Below, piece by piece: positions 17,745-28,014 of a stretch of 64,000 nt of DNA. Position 1 is the first letter of the stretch. Each line of letters begins with the position of its first letter. The DNA is taken from positions 137,182 to 201,181 of the forward strand of contig NZ_JBALVR010000005.1 in NCBI RefSeq assembly GCF_036960315.1, written 5' to 3'. The translations under genes were made by a program, and so were the position numbers. The stretch comes from Psychroserpens sp. (GTDB lineage Bacteria; Bacteroidota; Bacteroidia; Flavobacteriales; Flavobacteriaceae). The notes beneath the pieces were generated by a model. That model was not told where the DNA came from. It made no database searches and saw nothing but the letters and a program-made list of their open reading frames with translations.

Positions 17745-19112
17745 TTAAAATATTAATCGAATAACAGTTCCACTATTTTCAATAGAGTTAACTTGAATTT
17801 TACCTTTATGAAGAAACATAATTTGTTGACATAAGCTTAAACCAATACCACTACCCTTCTTTTTGGAACTAAAAAACGGGATAAAGATCTTATCTACTAT
17901 TTCATCTGGAATGCCTTTTCCGTTATCTGAAACCTTAATTATGACATAACCTTCGTTACTTTGTTTTGCAGAAACAGTAATTTTTGGTTGAACTGTTTCT
18001 GCGCAAGCATCAACACTATTGATTATTAAATTAATTAATACTTGTTCAATGAGTGCGGTATCCATATTAATTTGAAGCTTCTGGTTATCTATTTTAAATT
18101 GCAAGTCAATACCCTTACTTTTTAAAGAGGTCTTTAATAGATTATTAATTCCTTCAAACAGTCCTCTAACATAAACTTTGCTTGCGTTTATTGTGGTTAT
18201 TTTATTAAGTCCTCGATAGGATTTTGAAAAATTCATTAAGCCTTCGCTCCTTTTTTGTATACTATCAATACTCAAGTAAAGATCGTTAGTATCTAAAGGG
18301 TATTTCTCTGAATCTTCAATATTCAATTTAATTTCAGTTTGCAAGGTTTCGGCTAAAGAAGAAATTGGAGCAATTGAATTCATGATTTCATGCGTCATTA
18401 TATGAAGTAATTTATTCCATGCCTCGGATTGATTCTGATTTAATGTATTATCAATATTTTGTAACACAATTAACTTAAATTCCTCATTATTCATCTCAAA
18501 ATGAGCAGTGGATATTAATAGCTTCGTTTTATTTTTTTCAGTGTCTAAAGTTATTGTACTGCCATTGACATGTTGCGCTTCAAAAACAGTTTTAAAGATG
18601 CTTTGGCTTCTCTTTTTTACAAATTGAATATTTTTTAAAGTAGGGGTTTTTAAAAGTTCTTTAAATGATTCATTAATCCATATAATATCTCCGGTATTTA
18701 TGCTATAAGCCACAATACCAGTATCAATTAATTCTAATATTTTTTGCAGATACAAATATTGTTTTTCCTTATCCTTGTTAATGTCCTTGATTTTTTGATT
18801 AATGGTATTAAAACCTTGATGAAGCTCTCTAATATCTTCTGGGGCAGACCCTTCATTAAACCACTGAGAAAAATCGTTGTACTTCACAGATTCAAAAAAA
18901 TCATGCATCGATTTATGCCTCTTTATGATAAATTTAAACAGATTATTTATGACTAAAACTATAATTAAGACAATTGGAACTATAGTAATTGTAGAGATTA
19001 AAGCCTTTGTCTTAAAATCTAAAGTGAGAATGCCAAATACCAAAACCAATAGCAAACAGAAAATAGCAAGGATTCTAAGCAATAACGATAATTTATATTT
19101 CCTATAAGCCAT
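17745..19112 (-). CDS. Sensor histidine kinase
   Basis: 2 TM helices; THEIMNS H-box, QVLINLIINS N-box, DNGKGI, GSGIGLS. Confidence 0.93.
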   Translation of the reverse strand: MAYRKYKLSLLLRILAIFCLLLVLVFGILTLDFKTKALISTITIVPIVLIIVLVINNLFKFIIKRHKSMHDFFESVKYNDFSQWFNEGSAPEDIRELHQGFNTINQKIKDINKDKEKQYLYLQKILELIDTGIVAYSINTGDIIWINESFKELLKTPTLKNIQFVKKRSQSIFKTVFEAQHVNGSTITLDTEKNKTKLLISTAHFEMNNEEFKLIVLQNIDNTLNQNQSEAWNKLLHIMTHEIMNSIAPISSLAETLQTEIKLNIEDSEKYPLDTNDLYLSIDSIQKRSEGLMNFSKSYRGLNKITTINASKVYVRGLFEGINNLLKTSLKSKGIDLQFKIDNQKLQINMDTALIEQVLINLIINSVDACAETVQPKITVSAKQSNEGYVIIKVSDNGKGIPDEIVDKIFIPFFSSKKKGSGIGLSLCQQIMFLHKGKIQVNSIENSGTVIRLIF

Positions 19113-20448
19113 ATTTATTTAATCTTCTATAGAGCGACGTTCTTGTAATTCCTAATTCTTTTGCTGATTTCGAGATGTTACCATTATTTTTTTCTATCAC
19201 TTTTAATATAGTATTCTTCTCCACAGTATCTAACTTTAAGTCTTTTAATAGTGTGGTTTCTGAATAACTTTCTATGGGTGAAAACATTAAATCTGTAGCA
19301 CTTAAAACATCTGCATCCATCATGATTACTGCTCTTTCAATCGCATATTGAAGTTCACGAACGTTCCCAGGAAAATGATAATCTTCCAGTTTTTTTATAA
19401 AGCTATTATCGATAGAAATATTAGATTTAAAATATTTCTCGGTATAGACTTCAATAAAATGTTTCGCCAATAAAATAATATCTCGATCTCGATCTCTTAA
19501 AGGGGGAATAACTATTTCAACTGTATTAATACGATAAATTAAATCTTTTCTAAAATTATCTTCATTTGCCAGAGTTTCAAGACTTGAATTAGTTGCACAA
19601 ATTAACCTGATATCAACATCTATGGGCTTATTAGATCCCAATGGCGTTATTTGTCTGTTCTGAAGTACGGTTAATAATCTGGCTTGTTGATGCAGGCTAA
19701 TATTTCCAATCTCATCCAAAAATAAAGTACCCCCTTCTGCCGCTTCAAACCTACCCTGCCTATCCTCTCTTGCATCTGTAAAGGCGCCTTTTACATAACC
19801 AAATAATTCACTTTCAAATAACGATGAAGTTAATGCGCCGACGTCAACTTTTATGAAGGGCTTATCTTTTCTTAAGGAGTTGTCATGTATGGCTTTTGCA
19901 ATAAGGTCTTTTCCTGTTCCGTTTTCTCCAAGAATCAAAATATTGGCATCAGTTGGTGCGATTTTTTTAATCTTAAAGAATACCTCATTCATAGTCTTAC
20001 TTTCTCCTAAAAGCTTAACTCCATTAACATGTGGTCTCCATTTTTTTGTTTTATTGGTTATCTTATTTGCTAAAATATCAACTATAGATTCTAATAACTT
20101 TTCGTTTTTCCAAGGTTTAACCAAAAAATCTGAAGCGCCTTTTTTAAGCGCACGAACTGCTAGGTCTAAATCACCATAGGCAGTGATTAAAATAACAGCA
20201 ATGTCTTTATCTATTTCTTTAATCTTAGTGAGCCAAAAAACACCTTCATTTCCAGTATTTATAACGCTATTGTAATTCATATCTAGAATGACAACATCAA
20301 ATTTATTTTTATTTAATATTGAATTAAGGTTGTTTGGGTTTTTCTCAATAACAACCTCTTTAACCTTAGACTTTAATAGCATTTTCATAGCTATCAGTAC
20401 GTCAGTATCATCATCAATAACCAGTATGGTGGTGTTTTTCAATAACAT
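19102..20448 (-). CDS. Sigma-54-dependent response regulator (NtrC/ZraR-like)
   Basis: REC domain; GENGTGKD Walker A, ESELFGYVKGAFTDA, LFLDEIG, FPGNVREL; Fis-type HTH. Confidence 0.95.
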   Translation of the reverse strand: MLLKNTTILVIDDDTDVLIAMKMLLKSKVKEVVIEKNPNNLNSILNKNKFDVVILDMNYNSVINTGNEGVFWLTKIKEIDKDIAVILITAYGDLDLAVRALKKGASDFLVKPWKNEKLLESIVDILANKITNKTKKWRPHVNGVKLLGESKTMNEVFFKIKKIAPTDANILILGENGTGKDLIAKAIHDNSLRKDKPFIKVDVGALTSSLFESELFGYVKGAFTDAREDRQGRFEAAEGGTLFLDEIGNISLHQQARLLTVLQNRQITPLGSNKPIDVDIRLICATNSSLETLANEDNFRKDLIYRINTVEIVIPPLRDRDRDIILLAKHFIEVYTEKYFKSNISIDNSFIKKLEDYHFPGNVRELQYAIERAVIMMDADVLSATDLMFSPIESYSETTLLKDLKLDTVEKNTILKVIEKNNGNISKSAKELGITRTSLYRRLNKYGL

Positions 20449-20518
20449 ACTTACAAAAATATGATATATTAATATTCAATTGAGGTATTTAGAGGTAATA
20501 ATTTAAGAGTCTGAAAAG

Positions 20519-20625
20519 TGTCACTAAATCGCACACTAGTTGTATCAAAACCGCACACATTTTATTTTACCAAAACCTACAAGACCCTAACCAACAGTTG
20601 TTTGTGTTTCTGGCATGGTAATCAC
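20519..20625 (+). promoter_or_regulatory. Tandem enhancer-like sites and putative sigma-54 -24 box for the efflux operon
   Basis: TGT-N11-ACA boxes at 20519-20535 and 20541-20557 (22-bp spacing); TGGCAT at 20611 with a non-canonical -12 (TCAC). Confidence 0.5.
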
Positions 20626-20650
20626 ACTAGATTTATAAAATAATGTATTA

Positions 20651-21907
20651 ATGGACATACCAATTACTAAGAAAAAGTTTAGCCTACCAAAAATCGCCTT
20701 TGCTGTTGGAGCAATCCTTTTAATCTCGTTTGTAATTTACTTATCAACGTCGTTTGGAGGAAGTTCTACATTAAATATTAACACCGAACGCATTATTGTT
20801 AGCACAGTTAAGGATGGTGTGTTTCAAGAGAACATCCCTGTTAATGGAACTGTTCTACCAATTACAACAATCTATTTAGATGCGCTTGAAGGTGGTAGAG
20901 TTGAAGAAATATTTGTAGAAGATGGTGCTATTATGCAACAAGGCGAACCCATTTTACGTCTTTCTAATACCGATTTAGAATTAAACCTAGTGAATCAAGA
21001 AACTTCAGTTTACAATTTATTAACGCAAATGCAGATTTCTCAAAATGCGGCACGTGAAAACACGATAAATAAATTAAACCGAAAAACCGATGTGGAAAAT
21101 GCATTTATTGAAGCTGATAGAAAATATAACCTTAATAAATCGCTTTACCATGAAAAGGCAATAGGGAGTCAAGAATTTGAAGAAGCCAAAAATAACTATA
21201 ACTACCAAAAACAGCGTATGGAATTAGCTTTACAGGTTTTAAAACAAGATTCATTATCAACTGCTTTAGAATCTTCTCAATCCAAAAGTTCTTACACTAG
21301 AACTCAAAGTGCCTTGGCATTGATGCGTAAAAAAGTTGAAGATTTAATTGTTAGAGCACCTGTTGATGGTCAATTAACATCATTAGATGCTCAAATAGGG
21401 CAATCTAAAAATAAAGGAGAGCGCTTAGGTCAGGTAGATGTATTAAGTGGTTTTAAAATACGTGCTGATATAGACGAGAATTATATCTCAAGAATTTATC
21501 CTGGACAAAATGGAACATTCACTTTTAACGGAAAGACCTATAAATTAGTTATTAAAAAAGTATATACTCAGGTAACCAACGGCCGTTTCCAAGTAGACAT
21601 GCATTTTGAATCGGAAATACCTGAAGGTATACGCCGAGGGCAATCTTTAAGAATAAGATTAGCATTAAGCGATGAGAAGCAGGCCATATTAATTCCTAAA
21701 GGAAGCTTTTTTCAAAAAACCGGAGGTAATTGGATATTTAAACTTAGTGATGATGATAAGAGTGCCTATCGAATAGATATTCAATTAGGAAGTCAAAACA
21801 CTGAGTATTATGAAGTATTACAAGGACTTAAACCTGGCGATAAAATTATTACTTCTAGTTACCAAGACTACGGAGACAAAAACGAATTGATATTAAACAA
21901 AAAATAA
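20651..21907 (+). CDS. Efflux periplasmic adaptor subunit (HlyD/MacA family)
   Basis: N-terminal anchor, coiled coil, VRAPVDGQL, GSQNTEYYEVLQGLKPGDKII. Confidence 0.9.
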   Translation: MDIPITKKKFSLPKIAFAVGAILLISFVIYLSTSFGGSSTLNINTERIIVSTVKDGVFQENIPVNGTVLPITTIYLDALEGGRVEEIFVEDGAIMQQGEPILRLSNTDLELNLVNQETSVYNLLTQMQISQNAARENTINKLNRKTDVENAFIEADRKYNLNKSLYHEKAIGSQEFEEAKNNYNYQKQRMELALQVLKQDSLSTALESSQSKSSYTRTQSALALMRKKVEDLIVRAPVDGQLTSLDAQIGQSKNKGERLGQVDVLSGFKIRADIDENYISRIYPGQNGTFTFNGKTYKLVIKKVYTQVTNGRFQVDMHFESEIPEGIRRGQSLRIRLALSDEKQAILIPKGSFFQKTGGNWIFKLSDDDKSAYRIDIQLGSQNTEYYEVLQGLKPGDKIITSSYQDYGDKNELILNKK

Positions 21908-21912
21908 ATCTC

Positions 21913-22596
21913 ATGATAAAAATCAACAACTTAGAAAAATATTTTACTACTGAAGAATATAAAACAATTGCCCTAAATAAAATTTCATTTGAAGTAAAAA
22001 AAGGAGAGTTTGTTTCTGTCATGGGCCCTTCAGGTAGTGGTAAATCTACATTACTTAACATTTTAGGCCTTTTAGATGATGCCGATGGGGGAAGTTTCAT
22101 TTTTAATGATGAAGAGGTCATTAATTATAAAGAACGTCAGCGAGCTCATTTAAGAAAGCATAACATTGGTTTCGTATTTCAAAGCTTTAATTTAATTGAT
22201 GAACTGACCGTTTTTGAAAATGTAGAATTGGCTTTAATCTACACAGGAATAAAGAAAAGTGAACGCAAAGAAAAGGTAGACGAAGTCCTTGAAAGAATGC
22301 AAATTATGCATAGGCGAAGTCATTTTCCAACACAACTTTCTGGTGGTCAACAACAACGAGTTGCAGTTGCAAGAGCATTGGTCAATGACCCAAAACTTAT
22401 TCTGGCAGATGAACCAACAGGTAATTTGGACAGTAAAACAGGGAACGAAGTGATGGAATTACTTACCGAACTGAACAATCAAGGTTCTACAATTATTATG
22501 GTTACACATAGTGAGCATGATGCAAAATACGGGAATCGCATTATCCGCATGCTTGATGGCGAAAAAGTAACAGAGAACCTATTATCTAACTATTAA
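21913..22596 (+). CDS. ABC transporter ATP-binding protein (MacB/LolD-like)
   Basis: GPSGSGKST, LSGGQQQRVAVARAL, LADEPTGNLD, VTH. Confidence 0.95.
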   Translation: MIKINNLEKYFTTEEYKTIALNKISFEVKKGEFVSVMGPSGSGKSTLLNILGLLDDADGGSFIFNDEEVINYKERQRAHLRKHNIGFVFQSFNLIDELTVFENVELALIYTGIKKSERKEKVDEVLERMQIMHRRSHFPTQLSGGQQQRVAVARALVNDPKLILADEPTGNLDSKTGNEVMELLTELNNQGSTIIMVTHSEHDAKYGNRIIRMLDGEKVTENLLSNY

Positions 22597-22607
22597 GAAA
22601 CCTAATC

Positions 22608-24950
22608 ATGATAAAGAATTATTTTAAATTGACATGGAGAAATATTAAGGCGAATAAGGTTTTATCATTTCTCAATATTCTAGGATTGACATCTGGGTTA
22701 TTCTGTTTTTTACTTATTTATTTATGGATTTCAAGCGAAAACAGTGTCAATAAATATCACACGAATATCGATGACCTTTATTCTGTATATCTAACATCAT
22801 CTGATGGTCCAGGTTTTGGCTACGGAACACCATCACTTCTATATAAGGAATTAAAAGAAAAAGTTCCAGAAATTGAAGGTGTAGTAGCGATGTCTAATAA
22901 TAATAGAAACTACACATTCTCCAACAATAAAAAGGTTTTAAAACAAAAAGGGAAGCATGTAAGTGAAGACTATTTTAATATGTTTTCTTTTAATATTTTG
23001 GAAGGAAATGCGTCTAATGCATTAAGGAACCCAAATGATATTGCGATCTCAAAAGACATGGCAGAGTTGTTTTTTGATAATGTAAAAAGTGCTATTGGTC
23101 AAACATTAACTTTCGAAAATTCCAAAGCATTAAAAATCACCATGGTGTTTGAGTTAGGTAGTAAAAACACAACAGAAAATAGTGATTTTTATTTATCGTT
23201 TGATTCCCTTTTTGCTGAAAGTCCTTGGATGACTGATTGGAAAAACTTAGGGACGTATACGTTTGTTCAATTAACAAAAGGTGCAGATGAAAAACAAGTA
23301 GAACAAAAGTTAAAGACATTTTTAAAAGATTACGAATCAGTGAGCCTATTAGCCATAGAGCTACAACCTTATGGGGACAGTTATTTATATGCAGACCTTG
23401 AAAGTGGTAGTGGGAAAATAGAATATGTTCGTTTATTTGGAATCATTGCCTTTTTAATAATGCTAATCGCCAGTATTAATTTTATGAATTTGGCCTCTGC
23501 GGGCTCAATAAAACGAGCTAAAGAAATTGGTGTAAGAAAAGTTCTTGGAGCTGGGAAAGGTAGTTTAGTTGGTCAGTTTTTAGGAGAGGCGATACTCTTA
23601 TCATTATCAAGTTTGTTTTTTGCTTTAATTTTCATCGCCTTAGTGCTTCCGGTTTTTAATCAAATAACAGATAAGAACATTGACCTAGAAAACTTACCCA
23701 TTTCTACTTGGATAATGGTCTTACTTATTACATTGTTTACGGGAATACTATCTGGAAGTTACCCAGCATTTTTATTATCATCTTTTAAGGTAACCGATAT
23801 TTTTAAGAAGAAGATTGAAACCAGTTCCAGAACTAAATGGATTAGAAAAGCTTTGGTCGTTTTTCAATTTACAATTTCTGTTGTCTTTATAAGTTGCATG
23901 CTTATTATTTCAAAACAAATAGATTATGTTCAAAATAAAGATATCGGTTTTGAACGCGAAAATCTATTAGCAGTAACACTTTCTGAAGATTTACAGAAAA
24001 ACTATAACGCATTTAAAACAGGTGCTTTGCAAATTTCTGGGGTTAATTCGGTAACAAAAACATCACATATTTTATTAGGGGATTATGGTACCTCTCCGGA
24101 AGTAATTTGGAATGGGAAATCTGATGATGATGGTTCTTTATTTACTGGAATGGTAGGAAGTATAGACTTCATAAAAACGTATGGCGCCAAATTACTTATG
24201 GGAAGAGATCTTATTCATAATAATCCTGATAATATTGAATACTTGATTAATGAAAGCGCTATGAAACAAATGAAAATGGAAAACCCCTTAGGACAAACTA
24301 TCTCTTTTTGGGGTAATTCTGGGACGATTGTAGGTGTTGTTAAAGATTTTCACTTTAGTTCATTAAAAGAATCAATTTTCCCATTAGTCATTAGAAGTGA
24401 AGGTTATGTTGAATTTAATACTGCTTTCATTAAATATAATACAGATAATGTACAGCAAACATTGGCTTCAATTGAATCCCTTCATGCTACGCTAAATCCA
24501 GCATTCCCGTTTGAATATAAGTTTATGGATAGCGAATACAATAAATTGTATAAAAGTGAATCTACGTTTTACAAATTATCTACTTTCTTCTCAATTTTAG
24601 CAATTTTAATTTCGTGTTTAGGTCTATTTGGTTTGGTCATGTTTACAGCAGAACAAAGAACGAAAGAGATTGGCATGAGAAAAGTTGTAGGAGCATCTGT
24701 ATTTGCGATTACTTCACTTATAACACGAGACTTTATAAAGTTAATCCTATTAGGAATAGCAATCGGTATTCCAATTGCATGGTACTTCATGAATAAATGG
24801 TTAACAAACTATGAGTACAGAATAGATATGCCATGGTGGGTTTTTGTAACGACAGGATCTCTAATAATTAGCATAGCATTAGTAACGGTAAGTTTTGAAT
24901 CGATAAAGATTGCATTGGTAAATCCAATAAAAAGTTTAAAAAACGATTAA
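22608..24950 (+). CDS. ABC transporter permease (MacB/FtsX-like, duplicated)
   Basis: RAKEIGVRKVLGA and RTKEIGMRKVVGAS repeats; NPIKSLKND terminus. Confidence 0.92.
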   Translation: MIKNYFKLTWRNIKANKVLSFLNILGLTSGLFCFLLIYLWISSENSVNKYHTNIDDLYSVYLTSSDGPGFGYGTPSLLYKELKEKVPEIEGVVAMSNNNRNYTFSNNKKVLKQKGKHVSEDYFNMFSFNILEGNASNALRNPNDIAISKDMAELFFDNVKSAIGQTLTFENSKALKITMVFELGSKNTTENSDFYLSFDSLFAESPWMTDWKNLGTYTFVQLTKGADEKQVEQKLKTFLKDYESVSLLAIELQPYGDSYLYADLESGSGKIEYVRLFGIIAFLIMLIASINFMNLASAGSIKRAKEIGVRKVLGAGKGSLVGQFLGEAILLSLSSLFFALIFIALVLPVFNQITDKNIDLENLPISTWIMVLLITLFTGILSGSYPAFLLSSFKVTDIFKKKIETSSRTKWIRKALVVFQFTISVVFISCMLIISKQIDYVQNKDIGFERENLLAVTLSEDLQKNYNAFKTGALQISGVNSVTKTSHILLGDYGTSPEVIWNGKSDDDGSLFTGMVGSIDFIKTYGAKLLMGRDLIHNNPDNIEYLINESAMKQMKMENPLGQTISFWGNSGTIVGVVKDFHFSSLKESIFPLVIRSEGYVEFNTAFIKYNTDNVQQTLASIESLHATLNPAFPFEYKFMDSEYNKLYKSESTFYKLSTFFSILAILISCLGLFGLVMFTAEQRTKEIGMRKVVGASVFAITSLITRDFIKLILLGIAIGIPIAWYFMNKWLTNYEYRIDMPWWVFVTTGSLIISIALVTVSFESIKIALVNPIKSLKND

Positions 24951-24976
24951 GGTACAATTCATATAATTTAATAATT

Positions 24977-26401
24977 ATGAACAAAAGGATAACACTAGTT
25001 ATAGGTCTTTGGTTGGGTGTGATTAGTTTTGGTTTTTCTCAAAGCACATCAACAACCATATATACCTTACAGGATTGTATCGATATTGCGATTGAAAATA
25101 ATCTTGACTTAAAAATTAAAGAATTAAGAGCAAAATCTTCTGAGGTAAACTTTAAAGAGAATAGAAACAAAATACTCCCTAGTTTAAATATGAATTATAA
25201 CCTAGGAATTAATAATGGTAGAAGTATTGACCCCTTTACAAATAGTTTTATAAATCAGGGCCTTACATTTTCAAATGCAGGTTTAAGTCTAGACGCAACC
25301 ATCTTTAATGGCTTTAGAATCAAAAATGAGATTAAGCAAAGTCGATTTAATCTGCAGGCTTCGGAAATGGAAATTGAAGAAGCTAAGCAAAATTTAACAC
25401 TTGACGTCACGCTTTTATATATCCAAATTTTGAATAATAAAGATTTATTAGAACTTTCAAAAGCGAGACTCAAAACGACTGAAGTTCAGCTTAAAAGATT
25501 AGAATCACTATATAACAATGGTGTAGGTAACCCTGCCTCTTTTACAGATATGCAAGGACAATTTACGAGAGATCAAACGGGTAATATTACCGCTGAGAAC
25601 AATTTAAAATCGGCAGTTTTAAATCTAGTTAAGCTGTTAAGCATAGATGTCGATTCTGAGAATGAGTTCGAAAATGTTTTTGAAATTATTAATCCAGAAA
25701 AGTATCAAATTTCTGCTAATGATATTTATAATGATGCGCTTGAAAATTTAGCCACCTTTAAATCAAAACAATTGCGAGTTGATGCTGCAAAAACCGGAAT
25801 TAAAATTGCCAGATCTAATTACTTTCCTGAGGTATCGCTGTTTGGGCAATTAAACACAAACTATTCTAGTGTCGCGCAACTATTTACACAAACAGGAACG
25901 TCTACTGTTGAAACGGGAGACTTTGTTTCTATTAGTGGCCAAGAACATGCTGTTTTGCGAAATGAGGCTCAATTTGAAGGCTCTAAAATCAACCATAAAG
26001 ACCAATTTGATAACAACCTTAATTCTGTGATTGGAATAGCAGTCAGAGTTCCTATATTTAATGGTTTCCGAGCTAAAAATAAAATAAGAATTGAGAAAAT
26101 ACAACATGAAGAAGCCCAAGTAAATTTGAAGCAAACTCAGTTTGTTTTTAAACAATCTATTTATGAAGCCTATAATAATATGGAGGCTTCCTTTAAGGTA
26201 TATCAGGTTTTAAAAAATCAGGTAGTTGCATATGAAGAGTCGTTTCGTGTTAACGAAGTGAGGTTTAATAATGGCGTTTCAAATATTGTAGAATACATAA
26301 CATCAAAGAATAATATGGAGGCTTCCAAATTAAATTTAAGCCAAACCAAGTATGAGTATTTACTACGCGTTAAAATATTAGATTACTACAGAGGAATTTA
26401 A
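24977..26401 (+). CDS. TolC family outer-membrane efflux protein
   Basis: Signal peptide; TLQDCIDIAIENNL, two OEP repeats, RFNNGVSN. Confidence 0.9.
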   Translation: MNKRITLVIGLWLGVISFGFSQSTSTTIYTLQDCIDIAIENNLDLKIKELRAKSSEVNFKENRNKILPSLNMNYNLGINNGRSIDPFTNSFINQGLTFSNAGLSLDATIFNGFRIKNEIKQSRFNLQASEMEIEEAKQNLTLDVTLLYIQILNNKDLLELSKARLKTTEVQLKRLESLYNNGVGNPASFTDMQGQFTRDQTGNITAENNLKSAVLNLVKLLSIDVDSENEFENVFEIINPEKYQISANDIYNDALENLATFKSKQLRVDAAKTGIKIARSNYFPEVSLFGQLNTNYSSVAQLFTQTGTSTVETGDFVSISGQEHAVLRNEAQFEGSKINHKDQFDNNLNSVIGIAVRVPIFNGFRAKNKIRIEKIQHEEAQVNLKQTQFVFKQSIYEAYNNMEASFKVYQVLKNQVVAYEESFRVNEVRFNNGVSNIVEYITSKNNMEASKLNLSQTKYEYLLRVKILDYYRGI

Positions 26402-26494
26402 AAAACAACTGCTTTAAGTAACAAAAGACAAAAACCAGGAATTATATTCAGAAATTTTTAAAGGATATAACTTCGAATCGAAGTAAAAAACCAA

Positions 26495-26625
26495 GTACAA
26501 CAACGCGTATAATTCATTGCTAGTTCTTGCCTACTTACGAAAATCCCCGCGGATTTTATATTCGGGTTTTATTTACTAAATTAGTTGCATAAACACGCAA
26601 CTAACCATACACAGAAACGTTGTAG
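26495..26625 (+). repeat. Long (131-bp) attC-like imperfect palindrome
   Basis: GTACAAC AACGCGTATAA...CACGCAACTAACCATACACAGAAAC GTTGTAG; central AAAATCC-CCGC-GGATTTT hairpin; both ends homologous to 17633-17695. Confidence 0.7.
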
Positions 26626-26650
26626 GTTATTTTACTTAGTAAAACAAAAA

Positions 26651-27904
26651 ATGAAACAGTATATCAAATTCATATTACCAGTTCTGATGATTTCTTTCTC
26701 CTATCAGATCATAGCTCAAAATGTTGGCGACAAACTTCCTGAATGGACCCATGGAACTTTGGATATACACGAGATAAGTACAGGGAGAGGGTCTTCTACA
26801 TTTTTTATAATGCCAGATGGTACTACTATGCTTTATGATGTAGGGGAAGTCACAGAAATTACAGATCCCAAGAGAGTTCCTAGGTACGTAGACGCAAAAC
26901 CTGATTCTACCAGAGCTGCAGGTGAATGGATTATCCGTTATATTGAACCCCTTTTGAAACAAACGCGCGCGCGTCAAATTGATTATGCTCTGATTTCCCA
27001 TTTTCATTGGGATCACATGGGACAAATCACAGATAATTCACCCCAATCTAAGTATGGTCCCTATAAACAGGCCGGCATCACCAGAGTTGCGGAACAAATC
27101 CCTATAAAAACTATTTTTGATCGAGGATGGCCGGATTATAATTATCCAGTGGAGCAAAGCAATCCCACAATACTTAATTACCGCGCTTTTCTTAATTCCC
27201 AAATTGAAACCAATAAGATGAAGGTTGCAAGGTTTCAACCTGGGAGTAATGAACAAATTGTTTTGCAATATAAACCCAAAGACTATCCAGGGTTTGAAGT
27301 AAGAAACCTTGCCGCAAATGGGGAGGTTTGGACTGGAGTGAGCAATGTGACACGTAGCCATTATCCGCCACTTGATGATCTTGAAAAAGAGGACTATCCA
27401 GATGAAAACATGTGTAGTATTGCCCTACGGCTTAGCTATGGTAAGTTTGACTATTTTACCGGCGGTGATATTCGGGGTATCCCTCGGATTGGATCAGCTA
27501 ATTGGCAGGATCTTGAAACCCCAATTGCCCAGGCAATCGGACCTGTCGAGGTCAGCCTTCTCAACCACCATGGCTATATAGATTCTCAAAACACCTTTTT
27601 TGTGAGCACGCTTCGTCCTCAAGTGTGGCTACTTTCTGTTTGGGATTCAGCCCATCCAAGCCCAATGGTATATAAACGATTGCTATCTGAAGAGCTTTAT
27701 CCTGGCCCGCGGGATATTTTTTCGACCGGAATGCACGAAGCAAACAAATTAGTGGCTGTTGGGCTTGACAAACTAGCCAGTGATCAGGGACATATTGTCC
27801 TCCGTGTTGCGCCAGGGGGAAATACTTTCCAGATAATAGTTCTAGATGATAATGTGGAAAACAGTAAAATAAAATCTATCCATGGACCGTATAATTGTCG
27901 ATAA
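26651..27904 (+). CDS. Secreted metallo-beta-lactamase-fold hydrolase (ComEC/Rec2-like)
   Basis: Signal peptide from ATG 26651; SHFHWDHMG (HxHxDH), FTGGDI, LNHHG. Confidence 0.8.
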   Translation: MKQYIKFILPVLMISFSYQIIAQNVGDKLPEWTHGTLDIHEISTGRGSSTFFIMPDGTTMLYDVGEVTEITDPKRVPRYVDAKPDSTRAAGEWIIRYIEPLLKQTRARQIDYALISHFHWDHMGQITDNSPQSKYGPYKQAGITRVAEQIPIKTIFDRGWPDYNYPVEQSNPTILNYRAFLNSQIETNKMKVARFQPGSNEQIVLQYKPKDYPGFEVRNLAANGEVWTGVSNVTRSHYPPLDDLEKEDYPDENMCSIALRLSYGKFDYFTGGDIRGIPRIGSANWQDLETPIAQAIGPVEVSLLNHHGYIDSQNTFFVSTLRPQVWLLSVWDSAHPSPMVYKRLLSEELYPGPRDIFSTGMHEANKLVAVGLDKLASDQGHIVLRVAPGGNTFQIIVLDDNVENSKIKSIHGPYNCR

Positions 27905-28014
27905 ATAGTACCGCAAAAAAAATTTACTCTTTTGGTTATTAAGTAAACATTTAGGTGATTAAAACGATCAACAACATCCAATAATAAAAATTGAACTAAT
28001 CCAACAAAATCTAA

